Notes under the pieces: generated by a model
The model's input: only the letters and a program-made list of their open reading frames with translations
What the model was told of the DNA's origin: nothing
The model's database searches: none
Translations under genes and position numbers: made by a program
DNA from: Macrostomum lignano
Taxonomy: Eukaryota
DNA: 18,570 nucleotides
NCBI GenBank assembly: GCA_002269645.1
Contig: NIVC01005242.1
Span: 1 to 18,570, forward strand
Direction: 5' to 3'
Part shown: in pieces, positions 1-8,569 of the stretch
How the letters are laid out: every line of letters begins with the position of its first letter
How positions within the stretch are numbered: the first letter of the stretch is position 1

Positions 1-572
1 CTCCTCTCCATTCCTCTTCTCTCCTCTTATTCCCCCTCATCTCTTCTCTAATCTCTCCTCTCTCCTCTCTCATATCTCTTCTCTACTCACTTATCTATTC
101 TCTCTCCCTTTTACACTTTCCTATATGCTCTCACTCTCACCCTCTCCTTTCTTATATCCTGTTTTTTTACACTCTTTTCTATCACCTGTCTCCTCTCGTT
201 TCTCTCCTCTCTGCACTCTCATCTTTACCCTCTTCTTCTCCTCACTTTTCTTCTCTTGAATCTCTGATCTCTGATCTTTCATCTCTCTCCTCTCACCTCT
301 CACCTCTCTTCTCTCTTTCCTCTCTTTTATTGCCTCTGTACGCTTTATCCCTCTTCTTTTCTCTCCTGTCTCCTCTCTGCTATCTCATATCTCCTCTCTC
401 ATATCCTCTCCCTTCATCTCCTCTCTCCTCTTCTCTTTTCTCTTCCTTCGTTCCCGCCTTACTCCTCTTCTCTCCCATCTGTCATGTCTAATCTCTCCAT
501 TCATTTCTACTCTGTTTTCTATCATCTAATCTCTCTCTTCTCTTTTCATTTCTTCTTCTTACTCTCTTCTCT
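1..572 (+). repeat. Polypyrimidine (CT-rich) block, X type, partial
   Basis: Overwhelmingly C/T. Alignable to 2400-3142. Confidence 0.93.
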
Positions 573-593
573 GACTGATTGAGATGCCAAATC

Positions 594-940
594 CATCAAG
601 ATCCTCTCCGCGAAGCAGAAAATCCTGTCCGTGCAACTGAAAACCATCGAAATCCTCTCCGTGAAACTGGACTTCGAAAATCCTCTCCTTGAAACTTAAA
701 TCCATCAAAATGGTCTCCATAAACAGAAATCAATCATAAATTATCTCCGCGAAACAAATCCTCTCCGTGAAGCTGAACATCATCGAAATCCTCTCCGTGA
801 AACTGAACATCATCGAAATCCTTTCCACGAAACTGAACACCATCGAAATCCTCTCACGAAACAGAAATCCTTTTCGTCAAAATTAAAACATTGAAATCGT
901 CTCCGCTAAACTGGACTCAATCGAATTTTTCCGTCAAACA
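594..940 (+). repeat. 30-bp minisatellite (consensus about CATCGAAATCCTCTCCGTGAAACTGAACAT)
   Basis: Repeated GAAATCCTCTCC(G/A)(T/C)GAAACTG core with 30-bp and 21-bp periods. Confidence 0.92.
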
Positions 941-961
941 ACTCAACTCTCCGGATTCATT

Positions 962-990
962 GGTTAGGGTTAGGTTAGGGTTAGGGTTAG
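962..990 (+). repeat. Telomere-type TTAGGG tract (3 full repeats, one TTAGG, and TTAG)
   Basis: GGTTAGGGTTAGGTTAGGGTTAGGGTTAG read directly. Confidence 0.95.
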
Positions 991-1037
991 AACTACGCAA
1001 GGTTCGTGTTAAAAGGCACTGATAAAATATTGAACTA

Positions 1038-1415
1038 ATTGAATCAATTCATGCGCAACTGATTTCACAGTCAGTCAGTCAATCTAAATCAACCCTCCAA
1101 TACACAGCAGCAGTGAGAAGTTGAACCCTCCCCAACTTTATCTATTACGTCTCGCAAAACTGATTACAATTTTTGCAGAAAGTTAAAAGTATGGAAATAG
1201 TTTTTAAATGCGGTGCTTTTTTTTTCATATTTAAAGCATACAACTTATATCCCGAACTCGCGCTGCAAGATCTTTCCAGCAATATAAGTCTCCTCTCAAA
1301 GTTTAAAAACTCGAGGAACAGTTAGCGTTTGAAATTTACTGATTTCCCGACTGCTTGCTAGAGAAGCCTCCAAGTTTATTCATTGAATTTCACTGCCAAA
1401 CATACACAGGGCTGC
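1038..1415. repeat. AT-rich internal module, Q subtype (with a 34-bp deletion)
   Basis: Starts AATTGAATCAATT, contains CAGCAGCAGTGAGAAGTTGAACC, ends ACACAGGGCTGCC. Confidence 0.8.
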
Positions 1416-1826
1416 CAATAATAAAACCAAATGAATCTCGACACAGTCTATCTATTTACACTGTACAACTGCTATGTACACTCAGCCCAAGCCCAACCCC
1501 CGTTCTGGGGAAGCATTAAATTTAACTCAACCCCCAACACGCGGGGGGTTTTATTTGCATTGAACCCAGAACACGCGCACCCACCACCCCTCAATACACA
1601 GCGGCCCGCGGGCGGAGGTTGGGGTGGCTATTTTTACAAACTGGCTGCAGCCCAGGCAGAGTGGCCAAAGAAGGTTATTGGGGTTAAAAAGCAGTTTTCT
1701 GCTTTTTTAGGGATGTTAAAATGTGAAAATTAAAATTAAAATAGCCTAAAGCCTGATCCGGAAAATTTGCAGTTTTCCCATATAAGTTTCGACGCTGACT
1801 TGCTAGTTGTCTAGGAGAAAAATCGC

Positions 1827-1838
1827 AACACACACACA
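1827..1838 (+). repeat. Short (AC)n microsatellite of the divergent unit A head
   Basis: AACACACACACA occupies the position held by (GACA)n in the other heads. Confidence 0.7.
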
Positions 1839-1865
1839 ATCATCGCACCAGTTTTAGTATTAAGA

Positions 1866-1891
1866 CGAGTGGAACTCCTCCTTCGGAGGAG
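1866..1891 (-). terminator. Helitron-like 3' terminal hairpin (7-bp stem, GAA loop) plus CTCG end
   Basis: CTCCTCC/GGAGGAG perfect inverted repeat at 1875-1891. CGAG at 1866-1869. Confidence 0.6.
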
Positions 1892-2033
1892 AAAGGGGAA
1901 GAACTCCCATCACCGGAATTCTATTCCCTGAAATATCCATCAACTGAAATTCCATGTCTTTAACCCTATCTTCCAAATCGTCTCCAAATTCTTTACAAAA
2001 TCTTTCAAAGACCATAGCTCAAAGACTCTTACG

Positions 2034-3142
2034 TCTCTCATATCTACTCTCTCCTCTCTTCGCTATTATCGTGACTCGCTTCTCTCTCCTCTCTCTCATC
2101 TCATCTCTACCCCTACTCTCTTATTTATCTCTACTCCCTTATTTATCTCTTCTCCCTCGTCTTTCGTCTGTACCCTATCCTGTCTACTCTCCTATCTTCT
2201 ATCTTATCTCTCCCCTTTTCTCTCCTCTCTCATATCTAATCTCTAATCACTTATCTATCGTCTCCGCTCTACTTTCTCTCTTCTTTTTTCTCTCTTCTCT
2301 CTGCTCTCATTTCTCGTATCTCTTATACGCTCTCACCCTCTCCTTTCTTATCTCCCATCTTTCTTCCCTCCTTTCTACTGCATCACCTGTCTCCTCTCTT
2401 CTCTTTTCTCTCCTCTCCATTCTCTCTTCTCTACTCTCATCTCCCCTCATCTCTTCTCTAATCTCTAATCTCTTCTCTCTCTTATTTTCTCACTCATCTC
2501 TTTTCTCATTGCATCTCTCATCTCTCCTCTCTCTCTCTCCTCTCATCTGTACTATCTTTTTTATCTCTTCTCCCAGGTCTTTCAAATTTACTCTCTCCTG
2601 TCTCCTCTCTCCCCTCGTCTTTCCTCTCTCATATCTCTTCTCTACTCACTTATATATTCTCTCTCCTCTGCTCCCCTTTTACACTTTCCTATATGCTCTC
2701 ACTCTCACCCTCCCCTTTCTTATCTGCTGTTTTTACACTCCTTTCTACCACCTGTCTCCTCTCGTTTCTCTCCTCTCTGCACTCTCATCTTTACCCTCTT
2801 CTTTCTCCTCACTACTTTCTTCTCTTAAATCTCTGATCTCTGATCTTTCATCTCTCTCCTCTCACCTCTCACCTCTCTCCTCTCTTTCCTCTCTTCTATT
2901 GCCTCTGTACGCTCTTGTCCCTCCTTTCTTCTCCATCCTGTCTCCTCTCTGCAATCTCATATCTCCTCTCTCATATCCTCTCCCTTCATCTCCTCTCTCC
3001 TCTTCTCTTCTCTCTCCTTCGTTCCCGCCTTACTTTCCTCTTCTCTCCCATCTGTCATGTCTAATCTCTCCACTCATTTCTACTCTGTTTTCTATCATCT
3101 CATCTCTCTTCTCTTTTCATTCTTCTCTTTACTCTCTTCTCT
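2034..3142 (+). repeat. Polypyrimidine block, X type (~1.1 kb)
   Basis: Complex CT-rich sequence ending CTCTGACTGATTGAAG, as in every unit. Confidence 0.93.
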
Positions 3143-3164
3143 GACTGATTGAAGATGCCAAATC

Positions 3165-3657
3165 CATCAAGATCCTCTCCGCGAAGCAGAAATCCTGTCC
3201 GTGCAACTGAAAACCATCGAAATCCTCTCCGTGAAACTGGACTCCTTCGAAATCCTCTCCTTGAAACTTAAATCCATCAAAATCGTCTCCATAAAACAGA
3301 AATCAATCATAAATTATCTCCGCGAAACAGAAATCCTCTCCGTGAAGCTGAACATCATCGAAATCCTCTCCGTGAAACTGAACACCTTCGAAATCCTCTC
3401 CGTGAAACTGAACACCTTCGAAATCCTCTCCTTGAAACTTAAATCTATCAAAATCGTCTCCATAAAGCAGAAATCAATCATAAATTTAACTCCGCGAAAC
3501 AGAAATCCTCTCCGTGAAGCTGAACATCATCAAAATCCTCTCCGTGAAACTGAGCACCATCGAAATCCTCTCCACGAAACAGAAATCCTCTTTGTCAAAA
3601 TTAAAACATTGAAATCGTCTCCGCTAAACTGGACTCAATCAATTTTTTCCGTCAAAC
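3165..3657 (+). repeat. 30-bp minisatellite, longest array, containing a ~170 bp block duplication
   Basis: The block CCTTGAAACTTAAATC...GAAGCTGAACATCATC occurs at about 3260 and 3431. Confidence 0.92.
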
Positions 3658-3679
3658 AACTCAACTCTCCGGATTCATT

Positions 3680-3703
3680 GGTTAGGGTTAGGGTTAGGGT
3701 TAG
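3680..3703 (+). repeat. Telomere-type tract (TTAGGG)3 TTAG
   Basis: Read directly. Flanked by GGATTCATTG and AACTACGCAC. Confidence 0.95.
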
Positions 3704-3749
3704 AACTACGCACAGCTTCGTGTTAAAAGGCACTGATAAACTATTGAAC

Positions 3750-4220
3750 TAATTGAATCAATTCATTGCGCAACCGATTTCACAGTCAGTCAGTATCAGT
3801 CTCAGTTAAAGTTAACAAAAACATTGCGCAATCTAAATCAACCCTCCAATACAAAGCAACTGACCCCCTTCCTATACACAGCGCCAGTTGGAAGTCGAAA
3901 CCCCCAACTTTATCTCTCACCTCTCGCCAAAATGAGTACAATCTTTGCAGAAAGTTTAAAGTATGGAAATAGTTTTTGCAATGCAGAGCTTTTAGTTTTC
4001 ATATTTGAAGCAAACAATTTATATCCCTGAAATCAGCTTTGCAAGTTCTTTCCAGCAATATAAATTTTTTCTCTCAAAGTTAAAAACTCGAGCAACAGTT
4101 TGCGTTTGAAACTTTCTGATTTAAAGCATTGAAATATCGATTGTACGTTCACTGCCTGCTAAAGAGGCCCGCAAGTTTATGCATTGAATTTCAACGTTCA
4201 ACAAAATCACAGGGCTGCCT
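3750..4220. repeat. AT-rich internal module, P subtype
   Basis: Diagnostic AAAGCAACTGACCCCCTTCC. Confidence 0.8.
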
Positions 4221-4586
4221 ATTGAAAATTACAACACAAATCTTTGAGCAATTCTCTATACAGTCAGCCAGTGAGCCAGGGTCCGATTGTACACAGGCAG
4301 CCATTTAGAACGCCCCATCCCCCCACTGGAGAGAAAATACACTGCAGAGATAGGGAAAAGTTGTGGCGCAATCACTTGAAATTCATGCAAATTTTCAGCT
4401 CCAAGCAGAAAGAGGGGACAATTAAGATTATCAAAGGTCAAGACCGCCGTTTTCTGCTTTTTTGAGGATTTAAGAAATTAAAATTTCAGAATTAAAATAG
4501 CCTATAGCCGACCTCGGATAATTTCCAATCTTCCCATATAAGTTTCAACGCTGAGTTGCCACTATTCAAGGAGGAGTTGTCGAAAT

Positions 4587-4617
4587 GACAGACAGACACA
4601 CAGACAGACAGACAAAC
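4587..4617 (+). repeat. (GACA)n subterminal microsatellite, also at about 7384, 10377, 12630, 15504 and 17806
   Basis: GACAGACAGAC...AAACAAC lies about 25 bp from each junction, with variable length and interruptions. Confidence 0.9.
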
Positions 4618-4639
4618 AACGCGTCAACTTTAGTATATA

Positions 4640-4665
4640 CGAGTGGAACTCCTCCTTCGGAGGAG
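4640..4665 (-). terminator. Helitron-like 3' terminal hairpin plus CTCG end
   Basis: Hairpin at 4649-4665. CGAG at 4640-4643. Confidence 0.6.
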
Positions 4666-4807
4666 AAAGGGGAAGAACTCCCATCACCGGAATTCCATTC
4701 CCTGAAATATCCATCAACTGAAATTCCATGTCTTGAACCCTATCTTCCAAATCGTCTCCAAATTCTTTAGAAAACCTTTCAAAGACCATAGCTCAAAGAC
4801 TCTCACG

Positions 4808-5809
4808 TCTCTCATATCTACTCTCTCCACTCTGTGCTATTATCGTGACTCTCTTCTCTCTCCTCTCTCTCATCTCATCTCTACCCGTACTCCCTTATTT
4901 ATGTTTTCTCCCTCGTCTTTCGTCTGTACCCTCTCCTGTCTCTTGTCTCCTCTCTTCTCTCATATCTCTCCTCTTCACTTCTGTCTCCTGTCTTCTCTCT
5001 TCTCTCTTATCTCTCCCTCTTCTCTCCTCTTTTATATGTCATCCCTATTCACTTATCTATCGTCTCTCTTAACCCTCTCTCTCTTCTCTTTTCTTTCCTC
5101 TCTGCTCTCATTTCTCATATCTCATATACGCTCTCACACTCCACTTACTTGTCTCCAATCTTTCTTTCCTCCTTTCCACTTTTCCCTGTCTCTTCTCTTC
5201 TCTCTTTTCTATCCTCTCCATTCTCTCTTTTCTCCTCCCCTTGCTCCTTTTATCTTCTCCCCTCTCTTCTCTAATCTCTTCTCTCTTCTCTCTTATGTTC
5301 TCACTCATCTCTTATCATCGCATCTCTCATCTCTCCTCTCCTCACTACTTTCCTCTCTTAACTCTCTTATCTATTTCATCTCTCTCCTCTCTCCTCTTTC
5401 TCTTCTCCTCTCGCTTCTTCTCTCGCTTCTCTCTCCTATCTCTCCTCTCATCTCTACTACCGTATTTATATCTTCTAACTGGTCCTTCGTCTCTACTCTC
5501 TCCTTTCTCCTTTCTCCCCTCTTTTCTCCTTTCTTGTCTCTCCTGTCTCCCCTCCTCTCTCATCCCTCATCCCCTCATCTCACTCTTTCTTTCTCCTCTA
5601 CTCTCCCCTCTCTTCTATTTTCTCTGTACGCTCTTATCCCTAATCTATTTTCTCTCCTCTCTCCTCTTTTCTTCTCTCTCCCTCTTCGTTCCCGCCTAAA
5701 TCCCCTCTTCTCTCCAATCTGTCATGTCTAATATCTCCACTTATTTCTACTCTGTTTTCTATCATCTCATCTCTCTTCTGCTTTCATTCTTCTCTTTACT
5801 CTTTTCTCT
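4808..5809 (+). repeat. Polypyrimidine block, Y type (~1.0 kb)
   Basis: Diagnostic CCACTCTGTGCTATT and ACTGGTCCTTCG motifs. Near-identical to 15717-16714. Confidence 0.93.
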
Positions 5810-5831
5810 GACTGATTGAAGATGCCAAATC

Positions 5832-5993
5832 CATCAAGATCCTCTCCGCGAAGCAGAAATCCTGTCCGTGCAACTGAAAACCATCGAAATCCTCTCCGTG
5901 AAACTGGACTCCTTCGAAATCCTTTCCGTGAAACTGAAAACCATCGAAATTCTCTCTTTTAAACTGGACTCAATCGAAATTTTCTCCGTCAAA
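5832..5993 (+). repeat. 30-bp minisatellite, short array
   Basis: About 5 degenerate copies. Confidence 0.9.
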
Positions 5994-6016
5994 AAAAATA
6001 AATATCAGGATTCATT

Positions 6017-6051
6017 GGTTAGGGTTATTGTTAGGGTTAGGGTTAGGGTTA
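6017..6051 (+). repeat. Telomere-type tract TTAGGG TTATTG (TTAGGG)3 TTA
   Basis: Read directly. One degenerate TTATTG unit. Confidence 0.95.
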
Positions 6052-6084
6052 AAGCTACACACAGCTGCGTGTTCAAATAAAAAT

Positions 6085-7020
6085 TGAACCAATTGAATCA
6101 ATTGATTGCGCAACCGATTTCTCAGTCAGTCAGTATCAGTCTCAGTTAAAGTTAACAAAAAGATTGCGCAATCTAAATCAACCCTCCAGTACACAGAGAC
6201 CGACCTTTTTCAATACGCAGTAGCAGTTAGAAATTGAACGCCGAACTGTTGGGGGCATTGAACCAAAAAATGAGTACAATCTTTGCATAAAGCTAAAAGT
6301 ATGGAAATAGTTTTTTTGATGCTGCTCTTTTAGTCTTTATATTTATAGCAAACAATTTATATCCTCGAACTCAGCGTTGCAAGATCTTTTCAGCAGGATA
6401 AGTATCTTCTCTTAAAGTTTAGAACTCGAAGAGCAGTTAGCGTTTGAAAGTTCCCGTTTTAAGGCATTGAAATATCGCGTGTACGTTCACTGCCTGCCAA
6501 AGAGCTCGCAAATTTATTCATTCATTACACAGGCTGGCTATTACACAGGGCAGCCTATTGAAAGGCACAGATAATAAAACAAATTGATGGCGCAACCGAT
6601 TTCACAGTCAGTCAGTATCAGTCTCAGTTAAAGTTAACAAAAACATTGCGCAATCTAAATCAACCCTCCAATACACAGCAGCAGTAAGAAGTTGAACCTC
6701 CCCCAAACTTTATCTATTACGTCTCGCAAAACTGAGTACAATATTTGCAGAAAGTTAAAAGTATGGAAATAGTTTTTTCAATGCTGTGCTTTTTCTTTTC
6801 ATATTTAAAGCAAACAATTTATATCCCTGAAATCAGCTTTGCAAGTTCTTTCCAGCAATATTAATTTTTTCTCTCAAAGTTAAAAACTCGAGCAACAGTT
6901 AGCGTTTGAAACTTTCTGATTTAAAGCATTGAAATATCATTGTACGTTCACTGCCTGCTAAAGAGGCCCGCAAGTTTATGCATTGAATTTCAAGGTTCAA
7001 CAAAATCACAGGGCTGCCTA
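6085..7020. repeat. Two AT-rich modules in tandem (diverged R subtype about 6085-6560, Q subtype about 6585-7020)
   Basis: The motif GCGCAACCGATTT(C/T)(A/C)CAGTCAGTCAGTATCAGTCTCAGTTAAAGTTAAC occurs at about 6108 and 6590. Confidence 0.8.
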
Positions 7021-7436
7021 TTGAAAATTAGAACACAAATCTTTGCGCAATTGTCTATAAAGTCAGCCGGTGAGCCAGGGTCCGATTGTACACATGCAGC
7101 CATTTAGAACGCCCCATCCCCCACTGGAGAGAAAATACACTGCCAAGGTAGCAAAATTTTATGGCGCAATCACTTAAAATTCATGCAAATTTTCAGCTCC
7201 GAGCAGAAAGAGGGGACAATTAAGATTATCAAAGGTCAAGACCGCCGTTTTCTGCTTTTTTGAGGATTTAGAAATTAAAATTTCAGAATTAAAATAGCCT
7301 ATAGCCGACCTCGGATAATTTCCAATCTTCCCATATAAGTTTCAACGCTGAGTTGGCACTATTCAAGGAGGAGTTGTCGAAATGACAGACAGACACACAG
7401 ACAGACAGACAAACAACGCGTCAACTTTAGTATATA

Positions 7437-7462
7437 CGAGTGGAACTCCTCTTTCGGAGGAG
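7437..7462 (-). terminator. Helitron-like 3' terminal hairpin (one mismatch) plus CTCG end
   Basis: CTCCTCTTTCGGAGGAG at 7446-7462. CGAG at 7437-7440. Confidence 0.55.
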
Positions 7463-7603
7463 AAAGGGGAAGAACTCCCATCACCGGAATTCCATTCCCT
7501 GAATTATCCATCAACTGAAATTCCATGTCTTGAACCCCATCTTCCAAATCGTCTCCAAATTCTTTACAAACCTTTCAAAGACCATAGCTCAAAGACTCTT
7601 ACG

Positions 7604-8547
7604 TCTCTCATATCTACTCTCTCCTCTCTTCGCTATTATCGTGACTCGCTTCTCTCTCCTCTCTCTCATCTCATCTCTACCCCTACTCTCTTTTTTATCT
7701 CTACTCCCTTATTTATCTCTTCTCCCTCGTCTTTCGTCTGTACCCTCTCCTGTCTACTCTCCTATCTTCTCTATTATCTCTCCCCTTTTCTCTCCTCTCT
7801 CATATCTCATCTCTACTTACTTATCTATTGTCTCCGCTCTACTTTCTCTCTTCTCTCTGCTCTCATTTCTCGTATCTCTTATACGCTCTCACCCTCTCTC
7901 TTTCTTATCTACCATCTTTCTTCCCTTTCTACTGCATCACCTGTCTCTTCTCCTCTCTTTTCTCTCCTCTCCATACTCTCTTCTCTCGTCTCATCTCCCC
8001 TCATCTCTTCTCTAATCTCGAATCTCTCCTCTCTCATATCTCTTCTCTACTCACTTATCTATTCTCTCTCCTCTGCTCCCCTTTTACACTTTCCTATATG
8101 CTCTCACTCCCATCCTCTCCTTTCTTATCTCCTGTTTTTTACACTCCTTTCTACCACCTGTCTCCTCTCGTTTCTCTCCTCTCTGCACTCTCATCTTTAC
8201 CCTCTTCTTTCTCCTCACTACTTTCTTCTCTTAAATCTCTGATCTCTGATCTTTCATCTCTCTCCTCTCACCTCTCACCTCTCTCCTCTCTTTCCTCTCT
8301 TCTATTGCCTCTGTACGCTCTTATCCCTCCTTTCTTCTCTCTCCTGTCTCCTCTCTGCTATCTCATATCTCCTCTCTCATATCCTCTCCCTTCATCTCCT
8401 CTCTCCTCTTCTCTTCTCTCTCCTTCGTTCCCGCCTTACTCCCCTCTTCTCTCCATCTGTCATGTCTAATCTCTCCACTCATTTCTACTCTGTTTTCTAC
8501 CATCTCATATCTCTTCTCTTTTCATTCTTCTCTTTACTCTCTTCTCT
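7604..8547 (+). repeat. Polypyrimidine block, X type (~0.94 kb)
   Basis: Alignable to the unit B block, with an internal deletion. Confidence 0.93.
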
Positions 8548-8569
8548 GACTGATTGAAGATGCCAAATC

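Larger units (their letters stand above)
1..1865 (-). mobile_element. Unit A: partial non-autonomous Helitron-like element with a divergent 5' end
   Basis: The minus strand starts TCTTAATACTAAAAC at 1865, followed by (TG)n. The body (AT module, TTAGGG tract, minisatellite, CT block) matches the other units. The 3' end lies outside the window. Confidence 0.6.
1866..4639 (-). mobile_element. Unit B: non-autonomous Helitron-like element (2774 bp)
   Basis: Minus-strand start TATATACTAAAG plus (GTCT)n. The minus-strand end is hairpin CTCCTCC-GAA-GGAGGAG then TTCCACTCG. No coding capacity. Confidence 0.62.
4640..7436 (-). mobile_element. Unit C: non-autonomous Helitron-like element (2797 bp)
   Basis: Same termini as unit B. 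Two AT modules, Y-type CT block. Confidence 0.62.

Noticed and set aside
1431-1733. 100-aa ATG ORF in the divergent unit A head
   Set aside because: Single occurrence with no recognisable motif, and it ends inside terminal non-coding sequence. It cannot be supported as a captured exon without a homology search.
1954-3144. Long Ser/Leu/Phe/Pro-rich ORFs (396, 332, 286, 357, 264 aa and others) over the CT blocks, and Glu/Arg/Lys-rich ORFs on the minus strand
   Set aside because: Stop codons need two purines, so pyrimidine-rich DNA stays open by composition. Several frames are open at once, frames shift between near-identical copies, and no domain is recognisable.
3165-3657. 30-bp repeats as a CRISPR array or leucine-rich-repeat gene
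   Set aside because: The repeats are directly adjacent with no unique spacers and there are no cas genes in a eukaryotic context. The 10-aa period lacks the LRR Asn and copy number or frame varies freely.
3141-3792. CTGACTGA / TCAGTCAG inverted repeat bracketing the minisatellite-TTAGGG cassette
   Set aside because: An 8-bp match involving a short tetranucleotide repeat is expected by chance. There is no TSD or empty-site unit in the window.
4213-4302. GGCTGCCT/AGGCAGCC inverted repeat (CAGGGCTGCC resembles some DNA-transposon TIR starts) as a nested MITE
   Set aside because: Only 8 bp long, no TSD visible, and degenerate in units C and E.
4244-4465. 73-aa ORFs in the head (also at 10034) and 61-80 aa antisense ORFs
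   Set aside because: They have non-ATG starts, are short, overlap in both orientations, and are not preserved in the C or E heads.
1866-4639. LTR or non-LTR retrotransposon, or an autonomous Helitron
   Set aside because: No reverse transcriptase, RepHel or transposase ORF, no poly(A) tails, and no TG...CA LTR pairs or TSDs.
4562-4789. Recurrent 60-78 aa minus-strand ORF (MVFERFSKEFGDD...EEFHSYILKLTRCLSVC) spanning the junction
   Set aside because: It recurs only because the DNA is repeated. It is short, reads through a microsatellite, is truncated or broken at other junctions, and resembles no known protein.
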